Below are positions 1 through 9,008 of a stretch of 42,637 nt of DNA, piece by piece. Origin of the DNA: a virus (lineage: Duplodnaviria; Caudoviricetes); IMG/VR virus record IMGVR_UViG_3300033076_000526, positions 1-42,637 of that record. The stretch is one strand, 5' to 3'. The notes under the pieces were generated by a model that had not been told where the DNA came from, did not search any database, and saw nothing but the letters and a program-made list of their open reading frames with translations. The position numbers were made by a program, and so were the translations under genes. Each line of letters opens with the position of its first letter. Within the stretch, counting starts at the first letter, position 1.

Positions 1-105
1 CAGAATACAGATAAGACCTGGGATTCTACTCTAGCAACTTATTGTGATATGATTACACAGGATGATTATGAAGCACCAGTATTCTTTAAAGAAAAGATTG
101 TATGA
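1..105 (+). CDS. 3' end of a hypothetical phage protein, truncated by the window edge
   Basis: Frame 1 is open from base 1 (QNTDKTWDSTLATYCDMITQDDYEAPVFFKEKIV) to TGA 103-105, which overlaps the next ATG (ATGA coupling). Confidence 0.65.
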   Translation, partial: QNTDKTWDSTLATYCDMITQDDYEAPVFFKEKIV

Positions 106-272
106 TTAGATTTAAATTATTCCTTATTGCACTATTAGGATCATTAGTATCCTGGTTATTCATTAAAACTATTCTAGTTGATATGAATGTACTACAGTTT
201 CTAGCAATAGAATTTATCATAGGCTTCTCTCATTATATCTATAATGATATGAAGCTTAGACTTACAGAATAA
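102..272 (+). CDS. small hydrophobic, putative membrane protein, 56 aa (not in ORF track)
   Basis: MIRFKLFLIALLGSLVSWLFIKTILVDMNVLQFLAIEFIIGFSHYIYNDMKLRLTE; ATGA overlap with upstream ORF; fills the gap before the helicase; two hydrophobic stretches. Confidence 0.65.
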   Translation: MIRFKLFLIALLGSLVSWLFIKTILVDMNVLQFLAIEFIIGFSHYIYNDMKLRLTE

Positions 273-282
273 ATCCTTTATT

Positions 283-1278
283 ATGGCAGAATTATTTAAC
301 GGTGCCCGGGCTCTGAAGCCTGTGAGTGAGAGAGACGCTCTTAGAAAAGCTCTTCTGAAAATGAAAGCTAGAAGATCAGGTGAACTAAAGTCACTCAAAA
401 GTTCATGGCCCAAATTTAATGATGCCTTCTGTGACGGATTGGAATGGAGAACTATCACCGTAGTTGGTGCTAGACCTGGTACTGGGAAGACTTTATTTAT
501 GGAGCAGTTAATCTCTGATATTATTGAGGAGAATAAGGACCATAAGTTTAGAGTTCTTAAGTTCCAGTTTGAAATGCTTGATGAGACCAATGGTATCAGA
601 AAGCTGAGTCTGAATACTGCTTCTGATTACAATACATTAATGAGTAAGGGTGAACCTGTGGATAAGGATTTATTTGCAAGATGTGTCCAGTACTATGAGC
701 AAACTGCCGAGACTGATGTCATAGATGTTGTATATGATCCGTGTACTGTGGATGAAATGTGTGCAACCATACATTATTATATGGAAGCTCATAAAGATGA
801 AGCAGGTAACTACACAAACACTCTGGTTACTATTGACCACTCAGCTCTACTTAAAGTGGGAAAAGGTCAGAAGGATAAGTTTGAAACATTATATGCTCTA
901 GGGGAAGCTCTAACATATATGAAGAAACATTATCCTGTGGCATTTCTTGTTCTAAGTCAGTTGAACCGGAATATTGATAACCCAGAGAGATCTAAAGATG
1001 GTGACTATGGTAATTATGTATTAGATTCTGATTTATTTGGAGCAGATGCTCTATTACAACATGCTGATGTAGTACTTGGTATTAATAAACCCTCTATCAG
1101 AAAGATTAGGTTCTATGGTCCTGAAAGGTTTATAGTGAATGATGAAGATCTTCTTGCATTTCACTTCTTAAAATCCAGGAATGGAACAACTAGGTTAAGC
1201 TTCTTTAAGCTAGATAGAGATAACATGAGGATAGTTGAAATAGAAACACCTCCACAAGCAACAAAAATTAAATTATAA
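283..1278 (+). CDS. dnaB: DnaB-like (SF4) replicative helicase, motor domain only
   Basis: Walker A GARPGTGKT, H1a FQFEM, H2 VTIDH, H3 LSQLNR, H4 SDLFGADALLQHAD and KSRNG. Confidence 0.92.
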   Translation: MAELFNGARALKPVSERDALRKALLKMKARRSGELKSLKSSWPKFNDAFCDGLEWRTITVVGARPGTGKTLFMEQLISDIIEENKDHKFRVLKFQFEMLDETNGIRKLSLNTASDYNTLMSKGEPVDKDLFARCVQYYEQTAETDVIDVVYDPCTVDEMCATIHYYMEAHKDEAGNYTNTLVTIDHSALLKVGKGQKDKFETLYALGEALTYMKKHYPVAFLVLSQLNRNIDNPERSKDGDYGNYVLDSDLFGADALLQHADVVLGINKPSIRKIRFYGPERFIVNDEDLLAFHFLKSRNGTTRLSFFKLDRDNMRIVEIETPPQATKIKL

Positions 1279-1280
1279 TT

Positions 1281-1868
1281 ATGACTAGAAAAGAAAGAGA
1301 AAGAGAATTCTTTGCTTATCACATGGATAAGTTTAGAAAAGCTCAGATAACTGACCCATTCTTTGTCTTAAAGACTGCCTTTTTTCAGAAAGGTAAGTTT
1401 GGCAAGCAGGTTCAGTTATTTGAAAGTGAACTTAAAAGAGGTGAAGATATCTTTATTGAATTCATTGATGTGAAAAGAGATGAGTATGGTAAAGAAACAG
1501 GTGTAGAATCTGCATTTGATGAGAGACCCTTATTTAAGTACAAACACAACCCTTATTTTGCTGAAGAATATGATGTAAAAGAAGGTACTAACTCAATGGG
1601 TGAGAACTATTTTGCTTATACAATTCCTTTGTCTGAGTTAATGGTGATCATGCCAGATGGTTCTGAGATTACTTATAATCTCTATGAAAAGAGAAAAGCT
1701 GAAGCTCCTAAAGAGCAAGTAAGTTTATCAGTGTTTCCAGATTTTGAGAATGAGTTCATTCCTAAACTTAAAGAAACTAAAGGAGAGTTATCTCTTGATG
1801 AATCTACATCTGATATACTTCTTAGAATAGCAGCAGATTTTCAGAAACTAGCACAAAAATTAAACTAA
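1281..1868 (+). CDS. hypothetical phage protein
   Basis: 195-aa ORF tightly packed between helicase and ATPase genes; no motif recognised. Confidence 0.8.
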   Translation: MTRKEREREFFAYHMDKFRKAQITDPFFVLKTAFFQKGKFGKQVQLFESELKRGEDIFIEFIDVKRDEYGKETGVESAFDERPLFKYKHNPYFAEEYDVKEGTNSMGENYFAYTIPLSELMVIMPDGSEITYNLYEKRKAEAPKEQVSLSVFPDFENEFIPKLKETKGELSLDESTSDILLRIAADFQKLAQKLN

Positions 1869-1869
1869 C

Positions 1870-2592
1870 ATGAGTATAGTACTTCCAACTAAAAAAGTTA
1901 AGGCTGAAAGAGTTAATCCAAAAAGATTAATTATTTATTCTAAGCCAAAAACTGGTAAGACCACTGCATTTGCAGGTCTTGAAAACAATTTAATTCTTGA
2001 TTTAGAAAATGGTGCTGATTATGTAGAAGCACTAAAGATTAAAATTACTTCTCTTCAGGATTTACTTGATGCTGGAAAAGCAATTAAAGCTGCAGGTAAC
2101 CCATATAAGTATGTTACAATTGATACCGTAACTGCTTTAGAAGATATGGTAGGCCCACTTGCTATCAAGCTTTATAAGCAAACAAGTATGGGTAAAAACT
2201 ATGACGGAGATAACATTTTGTCTTTAGCAAATGGTGCAGGCTATTTATATTTAAGACAAGCTTTCTTTCAAGTTTTAGATTTTATTGATACTTTAGCTCC
2301 CCACATTATTCTGTCTGGTCATATTAAAGACAAGCAAGTAGATGATAAAGGTGAGATGGTATTAGCTGCAAACATTGATTTGACGGGTAAAATCAAATCT
2401 TTAATCTGTGCAAATGCTGATGCAATTGGCTATATGTACAGAAAAGGAAACAAAACTATTTTATCATTTAAAACTAATGAGGAGGTAACTTGCGGTGCAA
2501 GACCTGAACATTTAAGAAATGAAGAAATAGTAGTAACAGAAATGAATAACCAAGGTGACCTAGAGTTTCATTGGGACAAAGTTTTTATTTAA
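1870..2592 (+). CDS. P-loop ATPase, AAA_24/Sak4-like single-strand annealing protein
   Basis: IIYSKPKTGKTT Walker A, ILDLENG, VTIDTVT Walker B, ILSGH, ADAIGY; directly upstream of an SSB-like gene, as usual for Sak4. Confidence 0.8.
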   Translation: MSIVLPTKKVKAERVNPKRLIIYSKPKTGKTTAFAGLENNLILDLENGADYVEALKIKITSLQDLLDAGKAIKAAGNPYKYVTIDTVTALEDMVGPLAIKLYKQTSMGKNYDGDNILSLANGAGYLYLRQAFFQVLDFIDTLAPHIILSGHIKDKQVDDKGEMVLAANIDLTGKIKSLICANADAIGYMYRKGNKTILSFKTNEEVTCGARPEHLRNEEIVVTEMNNQGDLEFHWDKVFI

Positions 2593-2611
2593 CAATTTAA
2601 TTTTAAGAAAA

Positions 2612-3295
2612 ATGGCATTAAGCACAACTGATTTGGGCACAGGAGGCTCAGGACTACCAAAAACAATTACCCCAGGTAATCATGTATTGAAAATTAACAG
2701 CATTGAACTTGAGGAATTCAAGTTTATTCCCGGAGCATATCATTTGATGATGCATGTAGAAACAGAACCTATTGAAGGTTTTGAAGGCTTCATGATTGAC
2801 AAAGAAGATGAGAGCAAAGGAAGATATGCTGGTCAGATTGGTAGAGTAAAAGCAAGTCAATATGCATTTGCAGATGGTGAAACTAAATCTGGTATCAAAA
2901 TCCAGAGAGATAGATCTATCTTAATCTTCTTAAGAACTTTAGCTCATACTATGGATCTTGATTCATGGTTCCTTGAACAAGATGGTCAACATGAAACAAT
3001 TGAAGACTTTGTTAAAGCATTCAATGCAACTGCAGATTTCAAAGGTAAGTATCTTGAGTTCTGTATTGCTGGTAAAGAATATGAAGGCAAATCTGGTTAC
3101 ACAAACTATGACATGTGGCTTCCAAAAGCTGAAGGTAAAAAATATTCTTTCGGTGAAATTGAAGCTGGAGCAGTTATTAAGTTTGATGAAGCTAAGCATG
3201 TTAAGAAGTTAGAAGTTAAAGATGTATCTTCATTTGGAGAAGATGAAGATGTATTCTTAAAACCTAAGACATCTTCTGACTTTAGTTTAGATTAA
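2612..3295 (+). CDS. putative single-stranded DNA-binding protein
   Basis: Position after Sak4-like ATPase; beta-rich N-terminus (ITPGNHVLKINSIEL); acidic C-terminal tail (GEDEDVF...SSDFSLD). Function inferred from context. Confidence 0.55.
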   Translation: MALSTTDLGTGGSGLPKTITPGNHVLKINSIELEEFKFIPGAYHLMMHVETEPIEGFEGFMIDKEDESKGRYAGQIGRVKASQYAFADGETKSGIKIQRDRSILIFLRTLAHTMDLDSWFLEQDGQHETIEDFVKAFNATADFKGKYLEFCIAGKEYEGKSGYTNYDMWLPKAEGKKYSFGEIEAGAVIKFDEAKHVKKLEVKDVSSFGEDEDVFLKPKTSSDFSLD

Positions 3296-3308
3296 TACTT
3301 ACTCTCTT

Positions 3309-3382
3309 TAAGGGGGGAGTTTTAGTATTATTAACTTTTAAACAAAAGCGGATTTAGACTGAAATCAGGGCCTCCCCCCTTA
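3309..3382 (+). other. long-range inverted repeat / structured intergenic element
   Basis: TAAGGGGGGAG (3309-3319) is the perfect reverse complement of CTCCCCCCTTA (3372-3382); 52-nt spacer; T-rich sequence follows. Confidence 0.6.
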
Positions 3383-3395
3383 TATTTTATTAGTT

Positions 3396-4373
3396 ATGAT
3401 TTCAACCAGGAATTTAATATCTGATTTAGAGGAAGTCCCATCACAATGGGTATTTGAGTATTATTTGAATTTAAAAGAAAAACTTACTGGTCAAAATATT
3501 AAAATGCTTTCTGCATTTAATGTTAAAGACAAAGTGCCAAGCATGTTTGTCTATCAAACAAATGGTAAGTATAAATTCAAAGATTTTTCTTCAGGTTTTC
3601 AAGGTGACCACATTGAACTTGTTAGGTATTTATTTAACTATAGTGCCAGATTTCAGGCAGTTAATCGGATAATTACCGATTATCAGGAGTATATTAAACA
3701 TAATACACCTGCACAAAGAGATCCTATACAGTTTCATGATAAGTTCAAAGTTGTAGATTTTGAGATGAGACACTGGAATACACTTGACCAAAAGTATTGG
3801 ACACAATTTAAAATTGGTTCTAGTATCTTAAGTTATTATAATGTAGTTCCATTAGAGTTTTTTACAATGTCTAAGACTGAACCAGATGGTTCTATCACAA
3901 GCTATAAATTTTCTAGGCCCTATGTTTATGGTTATTTCCGTAATGATGGTGAGCTCTATAAGATTTATATGCCAAAGATTCCTGAGAAAAAGTTTATTAA
4001 GATCCAGAACTATACTCAAGGTATGGATCAACTGCAGTATGATTCTAAGTATCTACTGATTGTATCTTCTCTTAAAGATCTCATGAGCTTTAGAAGACTT
4101 GGTATTGGTAATATAGAATGCATTGCTCCAGACAGTGAGAATACAATGATTGGAGAATCTGTTATAGGTAAGCTTCAGGAGAAATATTCTAAGATACTTG
4201 TATTGTTTGATAATGATGAGCCCGGTCTCAAGGCTGCTCAGAGGTATCAAGACAAGTATGGTATTAACTTTATTACTCTTGACATGTCTAAAGATTTATC
4301 AGATTCTGTTAAAGATCATGGTATTGAAGCTGTTAGAGATAGATTATTAACTTTACTAAAACAAGCATTATGA
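3396..4373 (+). CDS. dnaG: DnaG-like TOPRIM primase (crAss-like type)
   Basis: Degenerate zinc-binding-domain-like N-terminus (DKVPSM...FKDFSSG), YKIYMP, LLIVSSLKD, APDSE, LFDNDEPG (DxD), KDLSD. Confidence 0.85.
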   Translation: MISTRNLISDLEEVPSQWVFEYYLNLKEKLTGQNIKMLSAFNVKDKVPSMFVYQTNGKYKFKDFSSGFQGDHIELVRYLFNYSARFQAVNRIITDYQEYIKHNTPAQRDPIQFHDKFKVVDFEMRHWNTLDQKYWTQFKIGSSILSYYNVVPLEFFTMSKTEPDGSITSYKFSRPYVYGYFRNDGELYKIYMPKIPEKKFIKIQNYTQGMDQLQYDSKYLLIVSSLKDLMSFRRLGIGNIECIAPDSENTMIGESVIGKLQEKYSKILVLFDNDEPGLKAAQRYQDKYGINFITLDMSKDLSDSVKDHGIEAVRDRLLTLLKQAL

Positions 4374-4795
4374 GCTGGATATATGAAGGTAAAGAATTTA
4401 GTGAACTATCAATTCCAGAAGGAGGAATAGGTTTCATCTACATTATGACTGCTATTATAAATGGTAAGTCTGTTGCATATATTGGTAAGAAGAATTTCTT
4501 TGCTAGTATTAAAAGACCACTGGGTAAAAAAGCTTTGGCTATGTCTACTGATAAGAGGTTAAAGAAATATGTCCGGGAACTTAGACCTGACTTTATGAAC
4601 TATTACAGTAGTAATAAAACTCTTAAAGATGCTCACAAAGCAGGAGTTCCTATAAAGAGAGAGATCTTAAGGATCTGTTATTCTCAAATGGAATTAACTT
4701 ATCAAGAAACAAAGTTCCAGTTTAAGTATGAAGTACTTGAAAAAGAAGAATTTTTAAATGCCAATATTCTTGGCAGGTTTTACAAAACTAAATAA
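4370..4795 (+). CDS. GIY-YIG family endonuclease (catalytic domain only)
   Basis: GFIY...AYIGKK, YYSS, REIL, conserved E (TYQE) and N (FLNANI); no NUMOD tail. Confidence 0.75.
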   Translation: MSWIYEGKEFSELSIPEGGIGFIYIMTAIINGKSVAYIGKKNFFASIKRPLGKKALAMSTDKRLKKYVRELRPDFMNYYSSNKTLKDAHKAGVPIKREILRICYSQMELTYQETKFQFKYEVLEKEEFLNANILGRFYKTK

Positions 4796-4797
4796 TT

Positions 4798-5199
4798 ATG
4801 ACACTGAGTAAAACTGAATTAAACAATCTGATTTCTATGTTTAATTCTGTTGATGCAGAGAACCATGTTATTGCTTTCCAGGCAATAGAGAATAGTGGTT
4901 TGACTTCACCAGAATTAATTGTATTATATAAGTATTCTAAAAAAGATTCTACAACTTGGAGTAAACAAGCACCGAAATCTTATAAGTTACTTATGCCAAT
5001 TCTATCTGAACAGATAGGTTCTTTATCTAGCGCAAGAGTACTAGGATTATTAACTACACACAAGGCTGATAAGCTTTTGGTTGAGCTATTTATAGAAAAC
5101 TTTGTTAGAGACCTGACAAACATGTTAGGTAATATAGGTTATGACATGAATCAAATAAGCATTGATGTGAAAATTAAAGATGATGGACAAAGCACGTAG
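4798..5199 (+). CDS. hypothetical helical protein; N-terminus shares a motif with ORF 7704-9008
   Basis: 133-aa ORF overlapping the start of the VWA gene; LISMFNSVDAENHVIAFQAIENS motif. Confidence 0.75.
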   Translation: MTLSKTELNNLISMFNSVDAENHVIAFQAIENSGLTSPELIVLYKYSKKDSTTWSKQAPKSYKLLMPILSEQIGSLSSARVLGLLTTHKADKLLVELFIENFVRDLTNMLGNIGYDMNQISIDVKIKDDGQST

Positions 5200-6487
5200 T
5201 CTTAGTAAAATCAGTAAAGAACTAATGCTAAAAGAACCTTATTACGGGTTCTTTCTCATTATGTTGAATAAAGTATGGAGAAAAGATATCCCTACTGCAG
5301 GTGTAAGTAAGCACAACATCAACTATCAGTTAGCTATCAATGAAAATTTCTGGAACAGATTAACTGAGTTACATAGAATGGGTCTTTTGAAACATGAACT
5401 ACTTCATATTGCATTTGGTCACCTTACTATGTATTTTAAGTTTTCTGATAAGAAGAGAGCTAATGTTGCAATGGATATGGAGATCAATCAATATATCCAA
5501 CAAGGCTGGCTTCCCGGTGATGATATGACTGGTGAAGAGTATAAGGCATTAGTTGAGGCTACTAAAGCTAGAATAACTCAAGCATTAGAAGATGAGACTA
5601 TGACTAAAGAAGAAGCTCTTGCTGAATTTGATGCATTACCTGCTAGAGGTGTTATGTTTGCAGATTATGCTGATCAAGGTTGGGATGCTAAAGCTGGTTG
5701 TAGATATTACTATGAAAAGCTTACTGAAGCTCAAGACAAGAAAGATAAGGATGGTACTACCGGTAGTCAAGCTCTAGATGATCTCCTTGATAATATGGAA
5801 AATGGAGATATTCCAGACCATAGTACATGGGAAGAATTTGAAGGCATGTCTGATGCTGAGAAAAAACTCATTGATAAACAAGTACAGAAGATTCTAAAAG
5901 ATGCTAAGGAACAAACAGTTAAGAAACGTGGTACTGTTCCTGGAGAGATAGAAGCTCTTATTGTTATGGATGAGATTACCAAAGCCAAGTTTGATTGGAG
6001 AGGATATCTCAGAAGATTCACTGGTACAAGCACTAAAATCTTTACTAAAAAGATTAGAAGAAAAGAGAACCGTAGATATGAAGATAATCCTGGTCTTAAG
6101 ATCAAGATGAGACAGCATATGCTATTGGCTATTGATACTTCTGGATCTGTTAGTGATTCAGAACTTCTAGAATTTATGAATGAGATTCATCACATTTATA
6201 AAGCAGGAGTTGATATTACTATAGTACAGTGTGATACAAGTATCCGGTCTATTGAGCCCTATAAAGGCAAGAATGATCTCAAAGTACATGGAAGAGGTGG
6301 GACTGAATTTGATCCCGTCCTAGATTATTACAATGCAAACCTTAAGAAATATACAAGCCTGGTGTACTTTACTGATGGAGAATGCTATACACGTGTAAAA
6401 CCAAGAAGCAGAGTGCTTTGGGTTTTGTCAGAAAGATCAGAAATGAATAAAGATTTACCAGGTCAAGTTATCAAATTAGAATTATAA
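5180..6487 (+). CDS. metallopeptidase-like + VWA domain protein (DUF2201-like), MoxR partner
   Basis: PTAGV, HELLH zincin motif and NVAMDMEIN in the N-terminal part; MIDAS motif AIDTSGS, QCDT, GRGGT, YFTDG in the C-terminal part. Confidence 0.9.
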   Translation: MMDKARSLSKISKELMLKEPYYGFFLIMLNKVWRKDIPTAGVSKHNINYQLAINENFWNRLTELHRMGLLKHELLHIAFGHLTMYFKFSDKKRANVAMDMEINQYIQQGWLPGDDMTGEEYKALVEATKARITQALEDETMTKEEALAEFDALPARGVMFADYADQGWDAKAGCRYYYEKLTEAQDKKDKDGTTGSQALDDLLDNMENGDIPDHSTWEEFEGMSDAEKKLIDKQVQKILKDAKEQTVKKRGTVPGEIEALIVMDEITKAKFDWRGYLRRFTGTSTKIFTKKIRRKENRRYEDNPGLKIKMRQHMLLAIDTSGSVSDSELLEFMNEIHHIYKAGVDITIVQCDTSIRSIEPYKGKNDLKVHGRGGTEFDPVLDYYNANLKKYTSLVYFTDGECYTRVKPRSRVLWVLSERSEMNKDLPGQVIKLEL

Positions 6488-6494
6488 AAACATT

Positions 6495-7664
6495 ATGAAT
6501 ACAGTACAATTAAACGTAGAAGAGTTAAAGGGTTTTATCCGCCACATGGTTAAGAATAACCAGCATATTCAAGCTCAAGGAAAAGTTCCTGTGGCTATCA
6601 ACATTGAAGGAAACGCGGGCTTGGGGAAAACCTCTGCTGTTTTGCAGTTGGGTAAAGAACTTGGTATGGATGTAGTAAAACTCAATCTTTCTCAGATTGA
6701 GGAGTTAGGTGACCTTGTTGGTTTTCCTGTTAAAGAATTCTTAGTAAAGAACCAAGAAGGTAAACAAAGATGGATTACTGAAGCTCAAGTAAACGGTGCC
6801 CTTAAAGCAGGTTATACTGTAGTAGATAAGAGAATGTCTCATGCTGCTCCAGAATGGATCCAAGGTAAAGATGAAGGTGGTTTTCTAATCTTAGATGACT
6901 ATACCAGAGCTGATCACAGATTTATGCAAGCTACTATGGAGATCTTGGACCGCCAAGAATATGTATCATGGAAGCTTCCAAAGAACTGGCATGTTATCTT
7001 AACTACTAACCCAGATAATGGTGACTATAATGTTACTTCTCTTGACGTAGCTCAGAAGACCAGATTTATCTCTGTTGAGATGAAATATGATGTTCAAGTA
7101 TGGGCTAAATGGGCTGAGAAAGCTGCAATTGATGGTAGATGTATCAACTTTATGTTAATGCACCCAGAACTTGTAACTCAAAGAGTTAATCCAAGATCTA
7201 TTACTACTTTCTTTAATGGTATTAGTTCTATTCCAAAGTTTGAAGATGAGTTACCTCTTGTTCAGATGATTGGTGAGGGTTCTGTTGGTACAGATTTCTC
7301 TAGCATGTTTACTATGTTTATTAACAATAAGCTTGACAAGATGATTTCCCCGGAAGATTTGCTTACTAAAGATGAAGCATATGTAAAAGGTGCTTTGTTA
7401 GCTTCAGTAGGTGAAGGAGATGATTTCCGTGCAGACTTATCTAGTGTAATTGCAACGCGTGTAATTAACTATGCACTTACTATTGCTGAAAACGGCCCTG
7501 TTCCTAAAGCTATTATTGACAGACTTGCTAAAGTCACTACTGAATTTGAAGGCTTTACAAATGACTTGAGATATTATATGGTCAAGGAGATTGTAAATGG
7601 TAACAAAGTCAAGTTCTCTGCTCTAATGGCAGATACTGCTGTAGTTAAGATGGCAATTCAATAA
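6495..7664 (+). CDS. MoxR-like AAA+ ATPase
   Basis: Walker A EGNAGLGKT, ELGDLVGFP, Walker B LILDDYTRA, sensor LTTNP, LDVAQKTRF, NPRS; adjacent to VWA protein. Confidence 0.88.
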   Translation: MNTVQLNVEELKGFIRHMVKNNQHIQAQGKVPVAINIEGNAGLGKTSAVLQLGKELGMDVVKLNLSQIEELGDLVGFPVKEFLVKNQEGKQRWITEAQVNGALKAGYTVVDKRMSHAAPEWIQGKDEGGFLILDDYTRADHRFMQATMEILDRQEYVSWKLPKNWHVILTTNPDNGDYNVTSLDVAQKTRFISVEMKYDVQVWAKWAEKAAIDGRCINFMLMHPELVTQRVNPRSITTFFNGISSIPKFEDELPLVQMIGEGSVGTDFSSMFTMFINNKLDKMISPEDLLTKDEAYVKGALLASVGEGDDFRADLSSVIATRVINYALTIAENGPVPKAIIDRLAKVTTEFEGFTNDLRYYMVKEIVNGNKVKFSALMADTAVVKMAIQ

Positions 7665-7670
7665 TTAACC

Positions 7671-7703
7671 AGGGGGTGTAAAAGCCCCCTATATTTTATT
7701 TTT
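7671..7703 (+). terminator. probable intrinsic terminator or attenuating hairpin
   Basis: AGGGGG-TGTAAAAG-CCCCCT stem-loop followed by ATATTTTATTTTT, just after the MoxR stop. Confidence 0.6.
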
Positions 7704-9008
7704 ATGAGACATATTTTAATGTGTGATGCCTATAATACTAATCTTGAACTGCAGATTAAGTATGGCACACCTGATAATAAAGAAATCTATACTGTTGATA
7801 AGGGTTATACTCCTAAACAAGGAGATTGTATATTTCTAATGCCGGGTGTAAATATTCCCAGAATAAAACTTAAAGACTTGGCATTAAATCTTGGAGTAAA
7901 AATAGTAAGAGACCCGGAGAATGCAAACATTGTTATTTCAGGTAAATCAACTTTAACTAAAATAACTACAGCCCAATGGGCTCATACTTGTGATGAAGAG
8001 ACTTTTACTAAATATATTGAAACTCTTGATTTAGATGAGTACTATCAAGATAAGTATGAAACTGCTATAAATACATTAAAACCGGAATTGATTTATACTG
8101 GCTATGGTACAATGCATAGAATAAAAAATGAAGGTTTTAATATTGGGGAAGGGTGCTCTGAAATAATTTATCATATTTGTGATGAGTATAAAAATATGAT
8201 TGACACAATTCAGTCTCTGCCTATTTATGATGAGTCAGAGTTACTTGCCATGATTAATGGTGAGGATGCTGTTACCATTACTCCTGAAGTATATCAGCAA
8301 CTGGTCAAAATGTTTCAGAGTTCAGACCAGGATAATCACATTATGGCTATGGAGATTATGGCAAATTCTAAGTATGTAGAAAGTGCTTTATTCTTGTTGC
8401 TTTTACTTGAAGAGTACTGGCAGGAAATTGGTGGTTGTCATACCAGGAATCATGTGAACTTTAAATCCATGGTAAGTTATTTTCAGATGGAAGTTAAGAA
8501 TATTAGTTCACTCAGTCCAGACAGGATTGGTCTAATACTCAAAGACTATGGCTTACTTACTACAGAATGGTTTCATACCTTACTTCAAGAGAGAGCTGAA
8601 TGGTTTGTGAGAAACATTAACATAAGTAAATTGTTTAATGTTAAAGAACTTGTTCCTACTCCAGAAATAGAAATGGTTCTTGATAAACCATATGTGGGCT
8701 TGGTAGAATATAAAGCTGATTCTAAAGAAATTGCTTCAGTAAGCTATAACATAATTCTTCCAGAAAGAGAAATTGAATCTGAAGAAGAAGAAAGGATTCC
8801 TGATACGCTGGTTGTTACAGAAGAATTGTCAGTAGAAGAAATAGTTGATAGGTTTGGTGAAGTTTTAACTGAAGAACAGCAAGAACTTCTTGAACAACAT
8901 GCTGCACAATTTCCTGTAACTGAAGAAGAAGCAGTTGAACCAGAACCTGTATCAAATAACCATCAAATAACACAAACTAATGAGTCTACCGACATTGACT
9001 GGTTCTGA
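7704..9008 (+). CDS. hypothetical protein with BRCT-like N-terminal segment and acidic C-terminal tail
   Basis: IFLMPGVNIPRIKLKDLALNLGVKIVRDPENANIVISG fits a BRCT beta-alpha-G-beta-beta pattern; Glu-rich tail ending DIDWF. Domain call is tentative. Confidence 0.6.
   Translation: MRHILMCDAYNTNLELQIKYGTPDNKEIYTVDKGYTPKQGDCIFLMPGVNIPRIKLKDLALNLGVKIVRDPENANIVISGKSTLTKITTAQWAHTCDEETFTKYIETLDLDEYYQDKYETAINTLKPELIYTGYGTMHRIKNEGFNIGEGCSEIIYHICDEYKNMIDTIQSLPIYDESELLAMINGEDAVTITPEVYQQLVKMFQSSDQDNHIMAMEIMANSKYVESALFLLLLLEEYWQEIGGCHTRNHVNFKSMVSYFQMEVKNISSLSPDRIGLILKDYGLLTTEWFHTLLQERAEWFVRNINISKLFNVKELVPTPEIEMVLDKPYVGLVEYKADSKEIASVSYNIILPEREIESEEEERIPDTLVVTEELSVEEIVDRFGEVLTEEQQELLEQHAAQFPVTEEEAVEPEPVSNNHQITQTNESTDIDWF

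Noticed and set aside
3296-3395. tRNA or CRISPR repeat in intergenic DNA
   Set aside because: No cloverleaf, T-loop or CCA, and no repeat-spacer periodicity here or elsewhere in the window.
4370-4795. Second mobile homing cassette
   Set aside because: Co-oriented, translationally coupled to the primase, no DNA-binding tail and no flanking duplication seen; more likely a resident nuclease.
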